Source: Eledone cirrhosa
Taxonomy: Eukaryota
DNA length: 64,000 nucleotides
Direction: 5' to 3'
Assembly (NCBI GenBank): GCA_964016885.1
Contig: OZ024740.1
Coordinates: forward strand, 240,312,001 to 240,376,000
The position numbers and the translations under genes were made by a program. The notes beneath the pieces are model-generated. The model did no database searches. It had not been told where the DNA came from and was given only the letters and a program-made list of their open reading frames with translations. Shown here one piece after another: positions 13,636 to 27,451 of this stretch. Position 1 is the first letter of the stretch, and the number at the start of each line of letters is the position of its first letter.

Positions 13636-13770
13636 CGAAGGAAATGTGGTAAGGAACCAGATGGACCATAACGCACCAAAGTACTCAATACTTAGGTAGT
13701 AGAGTGGGTAATAGTCCAGAATTAGCCGTCGAAACGGCTTGAGCTCAGCTGTCGGGGTCCTACTCGTTCC
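13634..13770. mobile_element. Family A element, non-overlapping inverted arms
   Basis: Inverted tail (aacgaagg...gtaata) joined to gtccagaatt...gttcc; TA on both sides. Confidence 0.9.
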
Positions 13771-13810
<40 letters not shown>

Positions 13811-13816
<6 letters not shown>

Positions 13817-14148
13817 CTGAGTTTTTCGAATATTAATAATAACATTCGAGTCGTTTGCAATTATGCAAACAAGCCTCAATTATATAGCCATGTCAGTAGA
13901 ATGAACACTTCATTCTTGCTCTTATGTTGGCATGCGAACAGAACTGGATAATACCCAGAAACATTAGTGTCTGCAGTTCTGTTAGCATGCCAACACAAGA
14001 GCAAGAATGAAGTGTTCATTCTACTGACATGGCTATAAAATTGAGGCTTGTTTGCAAAATTGTAAACGAATCGAATGTTATTATCAATATTCGAAAAACT
14101 CAGATTACATTTATTGTATTCAGCCATGTAGAGCGAAATTTTCTTTTT
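13811..14148. mobile_element. Microsatellite-flanked fold-back element with tail
   Basis: ~135-bp inverted arms 13811-13946 / 13975-14110, tail to (TA)n. Confidence 0.75.
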
Positions 14149-14170
14149 ATATATATATATATATATATAT

Positions 14171-14295
14171 CAGACCTGCCAACTCCTAATACCCCAAACG
14201 AGGAGTACCATGAAAAAAAGTGCCCCAAAACGGAGAGAAATAAGGCAAAGTGGGTGGAAGATCTCCCCGTCGAACGGGAAGAGTTGACAGGTCTG
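14171..14295. mobile_element. MITE with CAGACCTGCCAAC terminal inverted repeats
   Basis: cagacctgccaactc ... gagttgacaggtctg between TA runs; related right end at 12567-12609. Confidence 0.7.
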
Positions 14296-14316
14296 ATAGA
14301 TATATATATATGTGTA

Positions 14317-14371
<55 letters not shown>

Positions 14372-14771
14372 AAAAACACTGACGAGTAGTAAGAATCAAG
14401 AAGTATTCATCCCAAGATTACATTTACCACACCGTAATACCCATTTTCCATTTACTTGATTCAAACGTCAATGTCCCGTTGTTCTTATATTCACAATGTC
14501 CATTAACAAATTGCATCTTTCTTCACTTTATTCTATACAATCATTCTCAATGACTATTGACAATTACCAGGGACAATGACCATTAACAAATTGCATTTTG
14601 TTTTTCACTTATATAATCATTTTCAATAGATTTAATTATAATAAACGTATTTTAAGTCATAGCGGGCAGAACGAGTAACTAATGATTATATATATAACAA
14701 CGTTTTTCTAAAATTTCGTAACGTAACCTTTAGACCTGACTGTTAATTTTAATTATTTGTTTCCCCAACTC

Positions 14772-14781
14772 CCTCTCTCTA

Positions 14782-14812
<31 letters not shown>

Positions 14813-14843
14813 ACCACTCACTTTCTCTCTCACTCTCTCCCCA

Positions 14844-14876
<33 letters not shown>

Positions 14877-15089
14877 ACTCTCTGCCTCTCCCCACCTCAC
14901 TCTCTTCTTTCTCCCCCACTCTCTTTCTCACCTCCACCTCACCCCACCCCACAACCACCACCACCGCCCTCTCTCTCTCTCTCTTTCTCTCGCTCTCTAT
15001 CTCTCTCGCTCTCTCTCACTCTCTGCCTCTCCTCCCCACCTCACTCTCTTCTTTCTCACCCAGTCTCTTTCTCACCCCATCCCATCCCC

Positions 15090-15131
<42 letters not shown>
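14772..15131. repeat. CT-rich low-complexity tract with internal duplication
   Basis: Polypyrimidine repeats. Confidence 0.9.
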
Positions 15132-15135
<4 letters not shown>

Positions 15136-15474
15136 GTTATCGTATATGATGTCTCCTGTAAATTATTCTCTTAGTTGTTAAACCTGATTTAGAATTAGCA
15201 ATACCTCATTACGTTCGCTGTTAGAAAACTGTTGTCGATGCCTGATCTCAATCATTGCATTATAAACTGCATCATAAACACCAATTCCACCCACACTCTC
15301 CCTCCAGTTCTAGGGGTGGGGACACAAAATACTTCAACCTTGATCAGTCGCCCTCTCTCTGCAAAGGTCACATTCGACTCCCATGTGTGTACCTCTTATA
15401 TATACTGTTGAACATACAAATATGCGGAACGGCATCTAACTGATTACTGGTCATAATATGATTACCATAAAAGA

Positions 15475-15666
15475 GGGCGGTGGATTGGCAGTATCGGTAG
15501 AGAGTCGGACGCCATGCTTTGAAGCATAGAGTTACGTCCCTTTACGATCTGAGTTCAAATCCCGCCGAGGTTAACTTTGCCTTTCATCCTTACAGGGTCG
15601 ATAAAATAAAGGACCAGTAATGTACTGGGTAATTGCTGGCCGTGTGCCTAAAATAGAAACAATTAT
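15475..15666 (+). mobile_element. Full-length Meta-core SINE
   Basis: ggcggtggattggcagtatcgg head through gaaacaatta tail. Confidence 0.9.
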
Positions 15667-15705
15667 TACCAACTATCAGACGTGTTGTTTCCTCACCCCA
15701 TCTAT

Positions 15706-16051
15706 CCTACTACCACTACTACTACTACTACTACCACCACCATCACTACTACCACTACTACTACTACCACTACTACCACTACTACTACCACCACCACCAC
15801 TACTACTACGACTACTACTACCACCACCACCACTACTATTACAACCACCACCACTACTACCACTACTACTACTACTACCATCGCCACTACTACTACTACT
15901 ACCACTACTACTATACCACTACTACTACTACCACCACCACTACTATTATTACTACCACTACTACTACTACTACTACCACTACTATTACTACTACTATCAC
16001 CACCACCACTACTACTACTACCACCACCACTAGTACTACTACTACTACTAC
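15706..16051. repeat. (ACT/ACC)n microsatellite
   Basis: Trinucleotide blocks. Confidence 0.95.
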
Positions 16052-17764
16052 AATAAATTCACTCTTTTAACTTAACAATATATTCACAACCTGCAACAAA
16101 CTAACCTGAATCACTCAGCACTCTTTTGTTCACCATACCTACTGTGCCTCACCTTTCAAATTCTGTAACTAAATACTTTGCATTTCCACCAAAAGATGGC
16201 GCTATCGATCAACATGCAGTGGTCCAAACTAAAACATTAACTAGATCAGCTTCATCAATCAGGGAAGAACCTTAAAAGACCATTCATGTATCACTTCCTC
16301 CATTTTCTTCACTTCCTCCTCCTACTCTTCCTCTTTGTTCTAAGAAGACATCTGAAAATATTACTTATAGTTCTATTGTATATCACTATAAAAGCTTTTC
16401 AAAAATAATCTTCTACCAGTTGAAACTTCAATACCACCGAACGATTTCTCAATAAATCTCAGAAAATGAAAGTAGAAAGCTATTAGGCTCCGATTAACAA
16501 TTCTTTTATATACGTGACTTATTTGCATAGCCATCGTTGCCCTCACGTATACACTTATAAATATAACATAATGCAATTGGACAAGAAATCCTGATCAATA
16601 AAATTGACAATAAGACAGTGGACTAAGTACTACTACTACTAAGTTCTCTGTCTTATATAATTTATCTTATATATGAAGCATGAAACAGATGGAAGACACT
16701 CGAATATGTTTTACAGCAGAAGCCTAATGTTTTGCCAGTTAATTTCACAGATGGAACGATTCCTGTTGAGAAAAATCAACTCTTGCGCACATACTATTCA
16801 AAATAACTACATATCAACATTTAATCTATCTTACTATATTTCTACTTCTTTCTCTTCCTTGCTTTAACAGTTTCCTTCCATTTTCCTCATATCATATATA
16901 GTCCTACATATTCTCCTGTTTTAGGTACCTATGTAGTCATAAGTAGACACAGACATCCTATCAATCCTCGCACCATTGACATAGTGGAACATCGAAGACT
17001 TAACAACTGGAGGGAGAGGGGGCTGCTTCTAGCCAATAAATGGAAATAAGGTTTATTTGAAGGCGACCGTCATAGCAGTGCTATCAGTTTGGTCATGACA
17101 CTGGTGAATACTGCAGTCGTGTTGGTCGACGCATGTCTATTACTCATGAAACTGAATAATTCAGAGTTAATCTTTGTATATAGAAAATAGTGTTTTATTT
17201 GAAGGCCACCGCAAAGAATTGCAAGTTAATATCTGAACACCATTGCTATTATCACATTTTAAACATTTACTGTCCAATTCATATTGTGGTAAGCCTTCAA
17301 ACTGTTCTGATCGATTGACAAGATCCCAGACTTCATTTGCTTGTCGAGTGGGTTGGACCACGTCAAATCGGACCAAGGAAACTTTTGTTTCCAATGGTCT
17401 TTCCATTGCTAATACTATCTACTGGTCGCAACTCCTTGGCAGAAGGAGCAACGTGAAATAAAGTGTCTTGCCCAAGGTTTTTCTACTACTAGCTACTTGT
17501 GAATACAGTCTGTAGAAGTACAGCTCAACAAAAGTACACAAACAGACAGACAGAAAGATGCGAGGGGTGTTTGGTAAAGTTAATGATCCTCTCATTCACA
17601 ACTGTTCACCTGCTACTGAGTCTCTTTAGTAAATACTTCCTATAGATTGTATAAGACTGGAGATTGGAAAATTTTGATTTCCAAAATTAAGCAATACAGA
17701 AATTTATGGATGTGGTTAGGTGCGGAGATACAATATTCTGGTAAGACTTTGATTTGTTAATAAT

Positions 17765-18046
17765 AACTGTTTGTACTTTAGACACAAAGGCAGCAATGTT
17801 TAGGGGAGGGGAAAGTCGATTAAATCCGTCTCAGTACATTACTGGTACTTTATTTTATTGACCCCGTAATGATGAAAGGCAAAGTTAACCTTGCCGGGAT
17901 TTGAACTTAGAACGTAGAAGTCTGTAACTCTATACCGCGAAGCATATTGTCTGGTGCTCTACCGATACTGCTCTTGAATTAATAATAATTGTTTCTACAT
18001 TTGGCACAAGGCCAGCAATTATCCCAGTGTATTACTGGTACTTTAT
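17765..18046 (-). mobile_element. Meta-core SINE plus 3' fragment
   Basis: Reverse-complement core and tail. Confidence 0.82.
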
Positions 18047-18199
18047 TATGACACATGTTCGCCGTTACCACCGTAGTTACTAAAGACTAGACTCTGCCAA
18101 TAACATATTACCATTTAATTTTAATATATTGAATTTTAATATATTGAAATTTCAATGTGTCTCTGTTGCTATTATTTACCAGAATCACTCATTACTCTG

Positions 18200-18320
<121 letters not shown>

Positions 18321-18863
18321 ACTGTATGTGTCGTGTGTGTGTGTGCGTGCGTGCGTGACTGTGTGTCTGAGTGTGTCGTGTGTGTGTGTGTTCTTTTCTC
18401 ATTACGGAATAATTTCAAATAACTAAAATTGTTTGGTTCACTACACTGAGAATGTTAGTAACCACTTAATTATCAGCTGGAGCGTTATAGATTTATATCT
18501 GCAGCATCTCTTTAGTCGTTTTATATAACAAGAGAACTTCATTTGTGAGGAATGCGCACCAGTTCTTTAAGGAAAGGTGCCTGCAATATATCAAAAAAGT
18601 GAATCATCTTTCACTTCCTGAACTCTAAAAAAAATGCGGTCGTTTGGATTTAAGTGGTTTTTTTTATCGGTGATGATGTCAGTATCCTACCAACTCAGTA
18701 ATATATATGTATATAAGTATGTATGTATATATATTTATATACACATATATGTAAGTAGATGTAAGTGCTTGTGTATGTGTGTATATATATATATATATCC
18801 CTTTCGCTATATGTCTCTCCACCACTCCCCTACACACCTTTTGAACTCTGTTCCCACACACTT

Positions 18864-18899
18864 CTCACCTGAGGAAGGGCTTATGCCCGAAACGTCGTC
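18864..18899 (+). ncRNA. Partial minimal hammerhead (stem I 3' strand lost)
   Basis: CTGAGGA-A-GGGC ttat GCCC-GAAA-CGTCGTC, followed by a C-run instead of the stem I partner. Confidence 0.6.
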
Positions 18900-18996
18900 C
18901 CCCACCTACCCCCCCCCCCCCCCCACTCTCCTGAGCGTGAAATTAAAAAACATTTATTGTACTGCCTCTCTGTTTTGTCCCTGTTCATATTTTTCC

Positions 18997-19061
<65 letters not shown>

Positions 19062-19062
<1 letters not shown>

Positions 19063-19404
19063 AGAATTAATATATCGAGTAACACATATATACACACAGA
19101 TGCATACCAATGCTAGCAAATACATAGGTTTTGTCTTAGTAACTTTGTGGTTCAATGCATGGGGTTGCAGAACAATAATATGAGAGACGTAAAATAAGAA
19201 AATTATAAAATTAACTTACTTACTAAAATTTCACTCCCAACTAATTAGTTTCTGAAAGGGAATAAATATACTTTCCGAAGAAAATATAGACGAAAGGCTT
19301 CTCTATATTTTCTTCGGAAAGTATATTTATTCCCTTTCAGAAACTAATTAGTTGGGAGTGAAATTTTAGTAAGTAAGTTAATTTTATAATTTTCTTATTT
19401 TACG

Positions 19405-19412
<8 letters not shown>
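19062..19412. mobile_element. TA-flanked perfect fold-back with tail
   Basis: ~110-bp arms 19180-19289 / 19301-19412 around an 11-nt spacer; extra tail on the left. Confidence 0.8.
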
Positions 19413-19438
<26 letters not shown>

Positions 19439-19641
19439 CTTTCCCTGAGTTCAGTCTTTTTCGTTGCTATGGCAATGCGGCTGGACTGCCGGTCGCTATA
19501 TTTGATTTGCAAAGCTGTCTATCCGTATTGTTATAACTCTGGGGTATTATTCTCCATCGAGTGTTAAACTACATCCCGAATCTGCATTCGTTAGCTTAGC
19601 CGCAGCCTAAAGCTTCGTTAATGCTGTACTAAAATTTATAT

Positions 19642-19691
<50 letters not shown>

Positions 19692-19841
19692 TTATATATA
19701 CATATATATATAGATATATCAAAGGTATATATTGAGTTAGAAACTCAAAATAGTCTCTTACAATTAAATAGCTCAAGGAATCTGGTCATTTACGTTTTGA
19801 ACACATATGTATATATCTGTGTTTATGACTCTTTTATATTC

Positions 19842-19921
<80 letters not shown>

Positions 19922-20064
19922 AGCTATGTGTGCTTACACACTTGTAAAAATTATCCCCTGTGATTGTTTCATATGTTTATTTATATGTTAATCAATTTCT
20001 AGTTGTTATATATATATATATATATATATTCAATTATATATGTGTGTATATATATATATATATA

Positions 20065-20227
20065 TAGTATGGTGTTAACTGAACAGGGATGTGCCTACAA
20101 CAATATGGTCTGTCAGTTGTGAAACAGACATAAAGAAGCGCTCAACGACAATGTATAAATCGGGCAAGCCGCCAGAGCATTATATAATATTACAAGATCG
20201 GAGGCCATATATATATATATCTGAGGC

Positions 20228-20269
<42 letters not shown>

Positions 20270-20471
20270 CGAAGGAAGTGTGGTAAGGAATCAGGTGGAC
20301 CATGACGCACCAAAGTACTCAATACTTAGGGTAGTAGAGTGGGTAATAGGAACGAGTAGGACCCCGACGGCTGAGTTCAAGCCGTTTCGACGGCTAATTC
20401 TGGACTAGAAAAAAAAAAAAAAAATTACCCGTCGAAACGGCTTGAGCTCAGCCGTTGGGGTCCTACTCGTT

Positions 20472-20509
<38 letters not shown>

Positions 20510-20649
20510 CTCCATTCTTGTAATATTATATAATGCTCTGGCGGCTTGCCCGATTTATACAGGTCGTTGAGCGCTTCTTTATGTCTGCTTCACAACTGAC
20601 AGACCATATTGTTGCAGGCACATACATCCCTGTTCCGTTAACACCATAC

Positions 20650-20652
<3 letters not shown>
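20065..20652. mobile_element. Inverted-repeat element (arms 20065-20208 / 20507-20651) enclosing TA tracts and a nested family A copy
   Basis: tagtatggtgttaac ... gttaacaccatacta. Confidence 0.75.
20268..20473. mobile_element. Family A element, palindromic, with poly-A at the arm junction
   Basis: Family A sequence in both orientations; A-run 20409-20423. Confidence 0.9.
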
Positions 20653-20698
<46 letters not shown>

Positions 20699-20729
20699 AT
20701 ATGTATATATATGTATGCATGTATATATA

Positions 20730-20803
<74 letters not shown>

Positions 20804-20836
20804 AAAGAATAGAGGTGTAACACACAAGTTATTATG

Positions 20837-21083
20837 TATTGGTAAACGGAAAATTGGTAAACGTTTGCTCTGATCTGATCAGATCAGATCAGAGCAAACA
20901 ACACGGACACTCTATCTCAAAATTATTTTTGAAAAGCATTTAGAAATGCGCAACCGGTTAAAACTTAAAAACTTAAAACCACAACTGAATACTAACCCAT
21001 ACAATTACTAATACTCTTTTATTCCTAATTAAACCATTTTTCAACTGTCAACAATTTGTCAGCATTTTCTATTCCGTTTACCA

Positions 21084-21085
<2 letters not shown>
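20837..21085. mobile_element. Putative MITE (TIR tattggtaaacggaa) with internal 37-bp palindrome
   Basis: Terminal inverted 15-mer; palindrome 20863-20899; internal part recurs inverted at ~62465-62527. Confidence 0.5.
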
Positions 21086-21115
<30 letters not shown>

Positions 21116-21191
21116 ATATGTATATATATATATACATATATATATTTACATATATACATATATATAGATATATAGATATATATAAATAAAT

Positions 21192-22080
21192 ATACACGGG
21201 TGTGTATGATGTGTATAGAAGATTATATTAATAAAAGGAATTCCAACTTTGTCTGATTTACTCGTTTTATTTACAATCCTTTAAAATGTATAATGGTATT
21301 AGAATGAAATAGTATGGTAGAATATTAAATGTTAAGTGTTAATTGAACAAGTATTTTCATGCTTTCGCAATCTTCAGGTTCACATTCTGTGGTGACAGTC
21401 AAGTTTGCAATTTACAACTGTAATGAGATGGGTAAATTTTGTGCCTTATATACAGTGAAAAACGGCTATATATACGATATATATACGATATATTAACAAA
21501 TGGAAACTATATTTATAAAACAATATTTATTTCATTATACATATTTCAAGGACACAAAGTCAAATTATGGTGCGCTTTCATCAGATAAAATATAATATAG
21601 ATCAGTTTTATAAATAAATATTGACATACCTTTAAAGAATGCGACCATTTCTACTCGTATTTTTACTCCAATAATTTGTTGAGTGCTTTATATCAGTTAT
21701 AAAAATATTTGCTTGTTGTATCCCAACAATTTAAATATAACTTCTACATATATATATATACATACACATATATATGCCTAACACATATACCTATGCATAT
21801 ATATTTGTGTGTGTATGTGTGCATATATATATATAGTTGTGTGCATATACAGTTGAAAATTGCAAACTTGACTGTCACCACATATTATGAACCTGAAGAT
21901 TGCGAAAGCATGAAAGTACTTGTTCAATTAACACTTAGAATTTAATATTCTATCATACTATTTCATTATAATACCATTATATATTTTAAAGGATTGTAAA
22001 TAAAACGAGTAAATCAGACAAAGTTGGAATTCCTCTTATTAATATAATCTTCTATACACAATCATACACACCCGTGTATA
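21192..22080. mobile_element. Large inverted-arm HHR element
   Basis: ~230-bp arms 21192-21422 / 21848-22080, each with an HHR, TA-flanked. Confidence 0.8.
21888..21926 (+). ncRNA. Minimal type I hammerhead ribozyme
   Basis: tgaac-CTGAAGA-T-TGC gaaa GCA-T-GAAA-GTAC-TT-gttca; inverted copy ~21344-21382. Confidence 0.8.
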
Positions 22081-22088
22081 TTTACCTA

Positions 22089-22138
<50 letters not shown>

Positions 22139-22139
22139 T

Positions 22140-22765
22140 ATGTCAGTCTTGAGTGCTACTGGTAACATGTAACCCAGTACAGCCTGTCGCATGGTCGGGT
22201 TGTCGGCGACTAAACCGGCAATCCCACCAAGTTGACTTGGTGAGGAGGGTGATTTTGGACACCCTGCAGGACAAAAGACAAAACCTGACAAAGGGTGGAA
22301 GAACTCATAAGGGTCAACGCCCATCCAAAAGTGTGTAAATATGTATATACACATGTACATATGTATGTGTATGTATATGTGTATATACATGGGTGCATGT
22401 GTGTGTATATGCGTGGGGACATAGAAATAGTCGGGCTGGACACGCGATCGCGCGGTTAAAACACTGGGAGGGAAGGACCCTTAGCCTTTGTCAGGGCATT
22501 CTTCTAGGAGAAAGCAACTCAGGAAACTGGGATAACTCCGATATAAAACCTGCGGCTCAGTAGTTACCGACGATGTTGATATTTTCTTCTTTTCGGGTTA
22601 TAGCTACTGTCGCTCAGAGAGTGGGATTGGCTCAGTGCACAGTCTTTCCTCACTTTAAAAAATATCTTCATGCACAGGGATTGCACGATAGAATTAATTA
22701 ATAATTATTAATAATAGTATATCGTGCAATGGCCATACTCGATAACGAGGGGGCAGCCATCATAT
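22140..22765. mobile_element. GC-richer interspersed repeat fragments (unclassified)
   Basis: Two GC-rich blocks between microsatellites; 22723-22763 recurs inverted at 44444-44485. Confidence 0.45.
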
Positions 22766-23055
22766 ATAAATATGTATATAAAAATTTAAAATGATCGAAT
22801 GCTCCGGGCGTAAAATCATTTCCTAGCTATACAGGCCCCTTTTGTGATATCATTATTCGATATTTTTTGACTTACTATATTACACATGTATGACCCTAGC
22901 TCAACGTATTCAAATCGTTACAAAAACTATATCGAGACGAATTAATTATCTCATTCAAGCTTGAACATTGCATTTGCGCAGATCAACGATGATGAAATAT
23001 ATGATAAAAGATAACATTAATAACTTATGTAGACACACACACATATATATATATG

Positions 23056-23177
<122 letters not shown>

Positions 23178-23442
23178 GAGAGAAATAGAGAGGGAGAGTG
23201 AGAGAGAGAGAAAGATGCAGATGGAGGGAGAATGACTGATATAATTACTGCAATCCATGGAGTTTCCATATTGTATTGACGTCATTTTTTGATTGCTTTG
23301 AACTTGCACACACAAGACCATGTATCGATGTACGGATGCTCATTTCATAACTACTGCATATTCAAACTGGAAATGCTTTCTTTTCCTTTTCATATTCATC
23401 TATCTATTATATATATATATATGTGCATAAACATATCTATAT

Positions 23443-23574
<132 letters not shown>

Positions 23575-23813
23575 CAGATACACAGATACACAGATACATT
23601 TGCCCTAAAATATATATTTATGCACACTTTTTCACGATACGTATACATTTGTGCATACACATATATGCACATCTGTGAGCGTATATACATACATATACAC
23701 ACACCTAACTATATTTCTTGAAAGATTTTTATATATTTCATATTGTAATTCATTTGTCTATATTTTTTTTGCCTTTCTTGATGAGACTTTCCAAGTATTT
23801 ACCCATGTTTTAT

Positions 23814-23891
23814 ATTGCCTCGTCTGACGAACGAATGAAGACGTTTCTTTCGTATTCGCCTCATTCGGGAAACCTCTGGTAATGAGGTAAT
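23814..23891 (+). ncRNA. Type I hammerhead ribozyme, complete core
   Basis: attgcctcgt-CTGACGA-A-cgaatga...tcattcg-G-GAAA-CC tct GG-TA-atgaggtaat; 10-bp stem I, GUA site. Confidence 0.88.
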
Positions 23892-23991
23892 TATATTGTA
23901 TTGATTTTTATACATTAAATTTTGCTCTGGTACTTACATAGAGCACTCTTCACTTCTATGACCTTTTCTGTTTTCAACTGAAATTTCAATA

Positions 23992-24108
<117 letters not shown>

Positions 24109-24153
24109 TTACATATATAAATACATATGTATGCATATATATACATATATATC

Positions 24154-24205
<52 letters not shown>

Positions 24206-24262
24206 ATACACAGTTCAAGAGTAACCAATCTTAAAGAGAGAGATTGAGATAGTAGAGGAGAT

Positions 24263-24928
24263 ATGAGAGGAAAGATTGTCTCCACTACACCTAACCTAGC
24301 TAGCCACATCGCGTTCAGTAACCATCATAAGCTAAGACAGTATAACTCCCACACCGCGGTACCACCACCCCTATCAAATACACCACGCCACTACACCAAT
24401 AATCACTCTAGTAGCACACCTCCCCCATCTAATCCTTCTAGCACGGACCAACTACTTAGGTTAAATAACCCTACTCTCACTAACCGCAGAAGCAACTGCA
24501 TCTGCCGCTACCCCAATGCATGCCCATTAAATGGACACTGCCTGACACCCAACATAGTCTATATGTGCACAGTTGAGACTGCTTCGAATACCAGCTCTTA
24601 CATCGGGTCTACCTCTAACCCTTTTAAGGTACGCTATAACGCGCACTCTTTTTCCTTCCGAGATCCTAGCAACAGATGTTCAACATCGCTAGCTAGGCTC
24701 ATTAAAAACCTTAAATTAAACAAAGTTCAACACTCACTAAAATGGGATATCGTAGCTAGGGCACAACCGTTCAATGGACGAAGGAAATCTTGTGATCTCT
24801 GTGTTACGGAAGCGTATTACATAACTCTATCAAGACCTCTACCAATTAACGATAGAACTGAGGTAACCATTAGCTGTCAACATCGAAGGGCTAATTCCTT
24901 CGCCAATAGAGTTTTTGACCCAACTTAG
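24263..24928 (+). CDS. 5'-truncated Penelope-like element ORF: linker plus GIY-YIG endonuclease (Naiad-like Cys pattern)
   Basis: CICRYPNACPLNGHCL, IVY..YIGST..FKVRYNAH, CDLCVTE, CQH; no RT domain; the ATG is probably fortuitous. Confidence 0.88.
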   Translation: MRGKIVSTTPNLASHIAFSNHHKLRQYNSHTAVPPPLSNTPRHYTNNHSSSTPPPSNPSSTDQLLRLNNPTLTNRRSNCICRYPNACPLNGHCLTPNIVYMCTVETASNTSSYIGSTSNPFKVRYNAHSFSFRDPSNRCSTSLARLIKNLKLNKVQHSLKWDIVARAQPFNGRRKSCDLCVTEAYYITLSRPLPINDRTEVTISCQHRRANSFANRVFDPT

Positions 24929-25294
24929 TCATGTAGCCCCATCAATAATTGTAGCTAATAAGTTAAATTGCTATGAACAACTCGATAATTATAAGTTACC
25001 TCCCCTACATTGTCTCTCAATTAAATAATTTAAATACTAGCACTTAACTATAAAATACACACAATCTCTAATCTCACGAGAAGTTACTTCCCCTGAAACC
25101 ACCCTCTAATTAGTAAGGTAAATATGCCCTTTGGCAGCCATCTTGTTACCCATAGGCAGATCTCACACAATGCAGCCTCGACAGATGAGTACTGCTTGAT
25201 TATGGCTGACAGCTGATGAAACAAAGGCACAATAGTAAAAACTAATATATGGAACATTATATTATGTAACATTATTTTAATTTATATTCCTTTG

Positions 25295-25420
25295 AGTTCC
25301 GATGAGCCACTCTGTTTTTTTTAAATATGTTAATTATTTTCAACTGAACCAGATCAATTATGATACATAGTCATCTGATCCAGAAATATTATACGGAGTA
25401 GCGAAACAATTGTAAACGGG
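25295..25420 (+). ncRNA. Hammerhead with long stem II in the PLE 3' region (U4C core)
   Basis: gtt-CCGATGA-gccactctgt...acggagtagc-GAAA-CAATTG-TA-aac. Confidence 0.72.
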
Positions 25421-25593
25421 CATTATTATTATTAATATTATTATTATTATTATTCTCTACATTCTTTGCATCAAACTAAATATGTTGACAATCTTTTAAT
25501 AATGTCTTCCTTGTGAAATTTGTGGTCTTGTTTTGCTTAACTAATGTATATATATATATGTATGTATATATATATATATAAATCTCTCTCTCA

Positions 25594-25641
<48 letters not shown>

Positions 25642-25643
<2 letters not shown>

Positions 25644-26666
25644 TAGCACCAGTACCCAGCGTTGCCTGGGTAGGTAAGATAATATCTGCTTTGATGAAAA
25701 GGTGTTGATCTTAGCGACTGCTTCTCGATGACTCATCTATGGCCACACACAGGCCATGCGGGGGAGGGTGGTGATGACCTCTATCACTGAGAAATGCGGG
25801 TGACTGACGAAGGGGCATGCTGGGAGAGGGAGGTAATGACCCCTAACACTAAGCCAAATTTCCTCACGCTACTTGATTGGAAACCGATGAGTTCTCAAAT
25901 ACACAACTAAAAGCTCAGACGACGTCAGTGGCCATCGTTTTGCCTTTGACCATCTATAAGATGTACAATGATAGGTTCTATCGTAGTATAAAAGTTGAAC
26001 CAAATAAATTGATTTATGTATGAGGTGGAGCCAAAGTTTCGAATTTGAACGAAATCAGTTGAAAAATGTGGGAGCTAGAGCCGAAAGGGCGGAAATTTGA
26101 GCGAAAAGGTGGCATTTTCGAATATAATTAAGCGGCTGCCACGCTGTTCCTGAACAGGAAATCCAAAATGTAAAGCCACTTTAAGACGTGAAATAATCAG
26201 ATCTAGCGTAGTGTAAAATTTGAACAAAGTAGGTTGATTAATGAGGGAGCTAGAGCCGAAAAAGTGGAAATTTGAGTCTAAAAGTGGTATTTTGAATATT
26301 TAAGTGGCTGCCACGCCGTCCCGGAACAACAAATGCAAAATATAAACCCATTACAGGATGTGCAATGATAAATTCTATTTTGCTTTAAAATTTAAACGAA
26401 ATCGGTGGCAAAATGTGGGAGCTAGAGCCAAAAATCATATTTTTCGATACCTAAAAAAAGGTGACCCCCCCCCCCCCCTATCGATTTTTATCTGCAGAAT
26501 GACCCCGGAATAAAAAACGATACGCTGATATATAGAAAACACTCCCCGATGACTAATCTATGAGCCTGTAAAGTTTCATGAAAATCGGTCGTAAGATGTA
26601 AGCCCCTATAGGTAATACACAGACACACAGACACACACACATACTTAATTTTATATATATACAGAT
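25642..26666 (+). mobile_element. Non-autonomous Helentron/DINE-like element
   Basis: 5' ACTAGC..ACCCAGCGTTGCCTGGGT hairpin; three ~175-bp internal repeats (gggagctagagcc); 3' aaagtttcatgaaaatcgg, CA/CAGA tract, ttttatatatatacagat. Confidence 0.72.
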
Positions 26667-26679
26667 ATATAGATATAAA

Positions 26680-26715
<36 letters not shown>

Positions 26716-27196
26716 CACTTGTAGTACTCTTCTGACGAAGGACTAACGTCTGATACGTTGAACTCCAGTTCTTAATATCTCTACGGGATATGTAATCATT
26801 TCGTTCTTTTGCAAACTGTCTATTTCTAACAATAACGGTTAACAAACATATCTCTTATGATAAATTTTGACCAAAAATATTATGCTGCTGGAGAATTAAT
26901 TCAAGAGAGATGTTTCTATTTTATTCAAGAAAAGCTTATCAAACACTAAACTCGTGCGATGAGCCTAAACTACGGCATAACATACTTAAAGCTGAATCAG
27001 AAGAGTCTAAGGATTTATTAGGTAATAGATGACAGTAAATTTGAATCGTGCATGATACCTGTCGCCTAAGATGTCTCAGAATATATACCATACTCCCTCC
27101 ATCGTATCATATCATTTCTAAGATGCTTAGGACACTATTGAATTGCTTTAGGCTTGAAGAATATCGTATGACAATATCTATAGTTGATTGTAAGGA

Positions 27197-27362
<166 letters not shown>

Positions 27363-27451
27363 CTCTCCACCGTCTTATAAAAAGTCTTATATAAAGTTTC
27401 TAAAATGATCTTTTCTGTAGCCTTTACCTAGTATATAGTTATATAGTAAAG

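Noticed and set aside
13634-13770. Family A as a type II hammerhead or as a MITE
   Set aside because: No CUGANGA downstream of stem I; outer ends are not inverted repeats of each other and junctions vary
25165-25225. Possible SECIS (ATGA..TGAT) or HHR box (CTGATGAAAC) in the PLE 3' UTR
   Set aside because: No convincing helix with apical AA, no in-frame TGA in the visible ORF, no stem II
26728-26990. Two HHR-like remnants (CTGACGA..GATAC; GCGATGAGCC..GGCATAAC)
   Set aside because: Core mutated and stems I/III not recoverable
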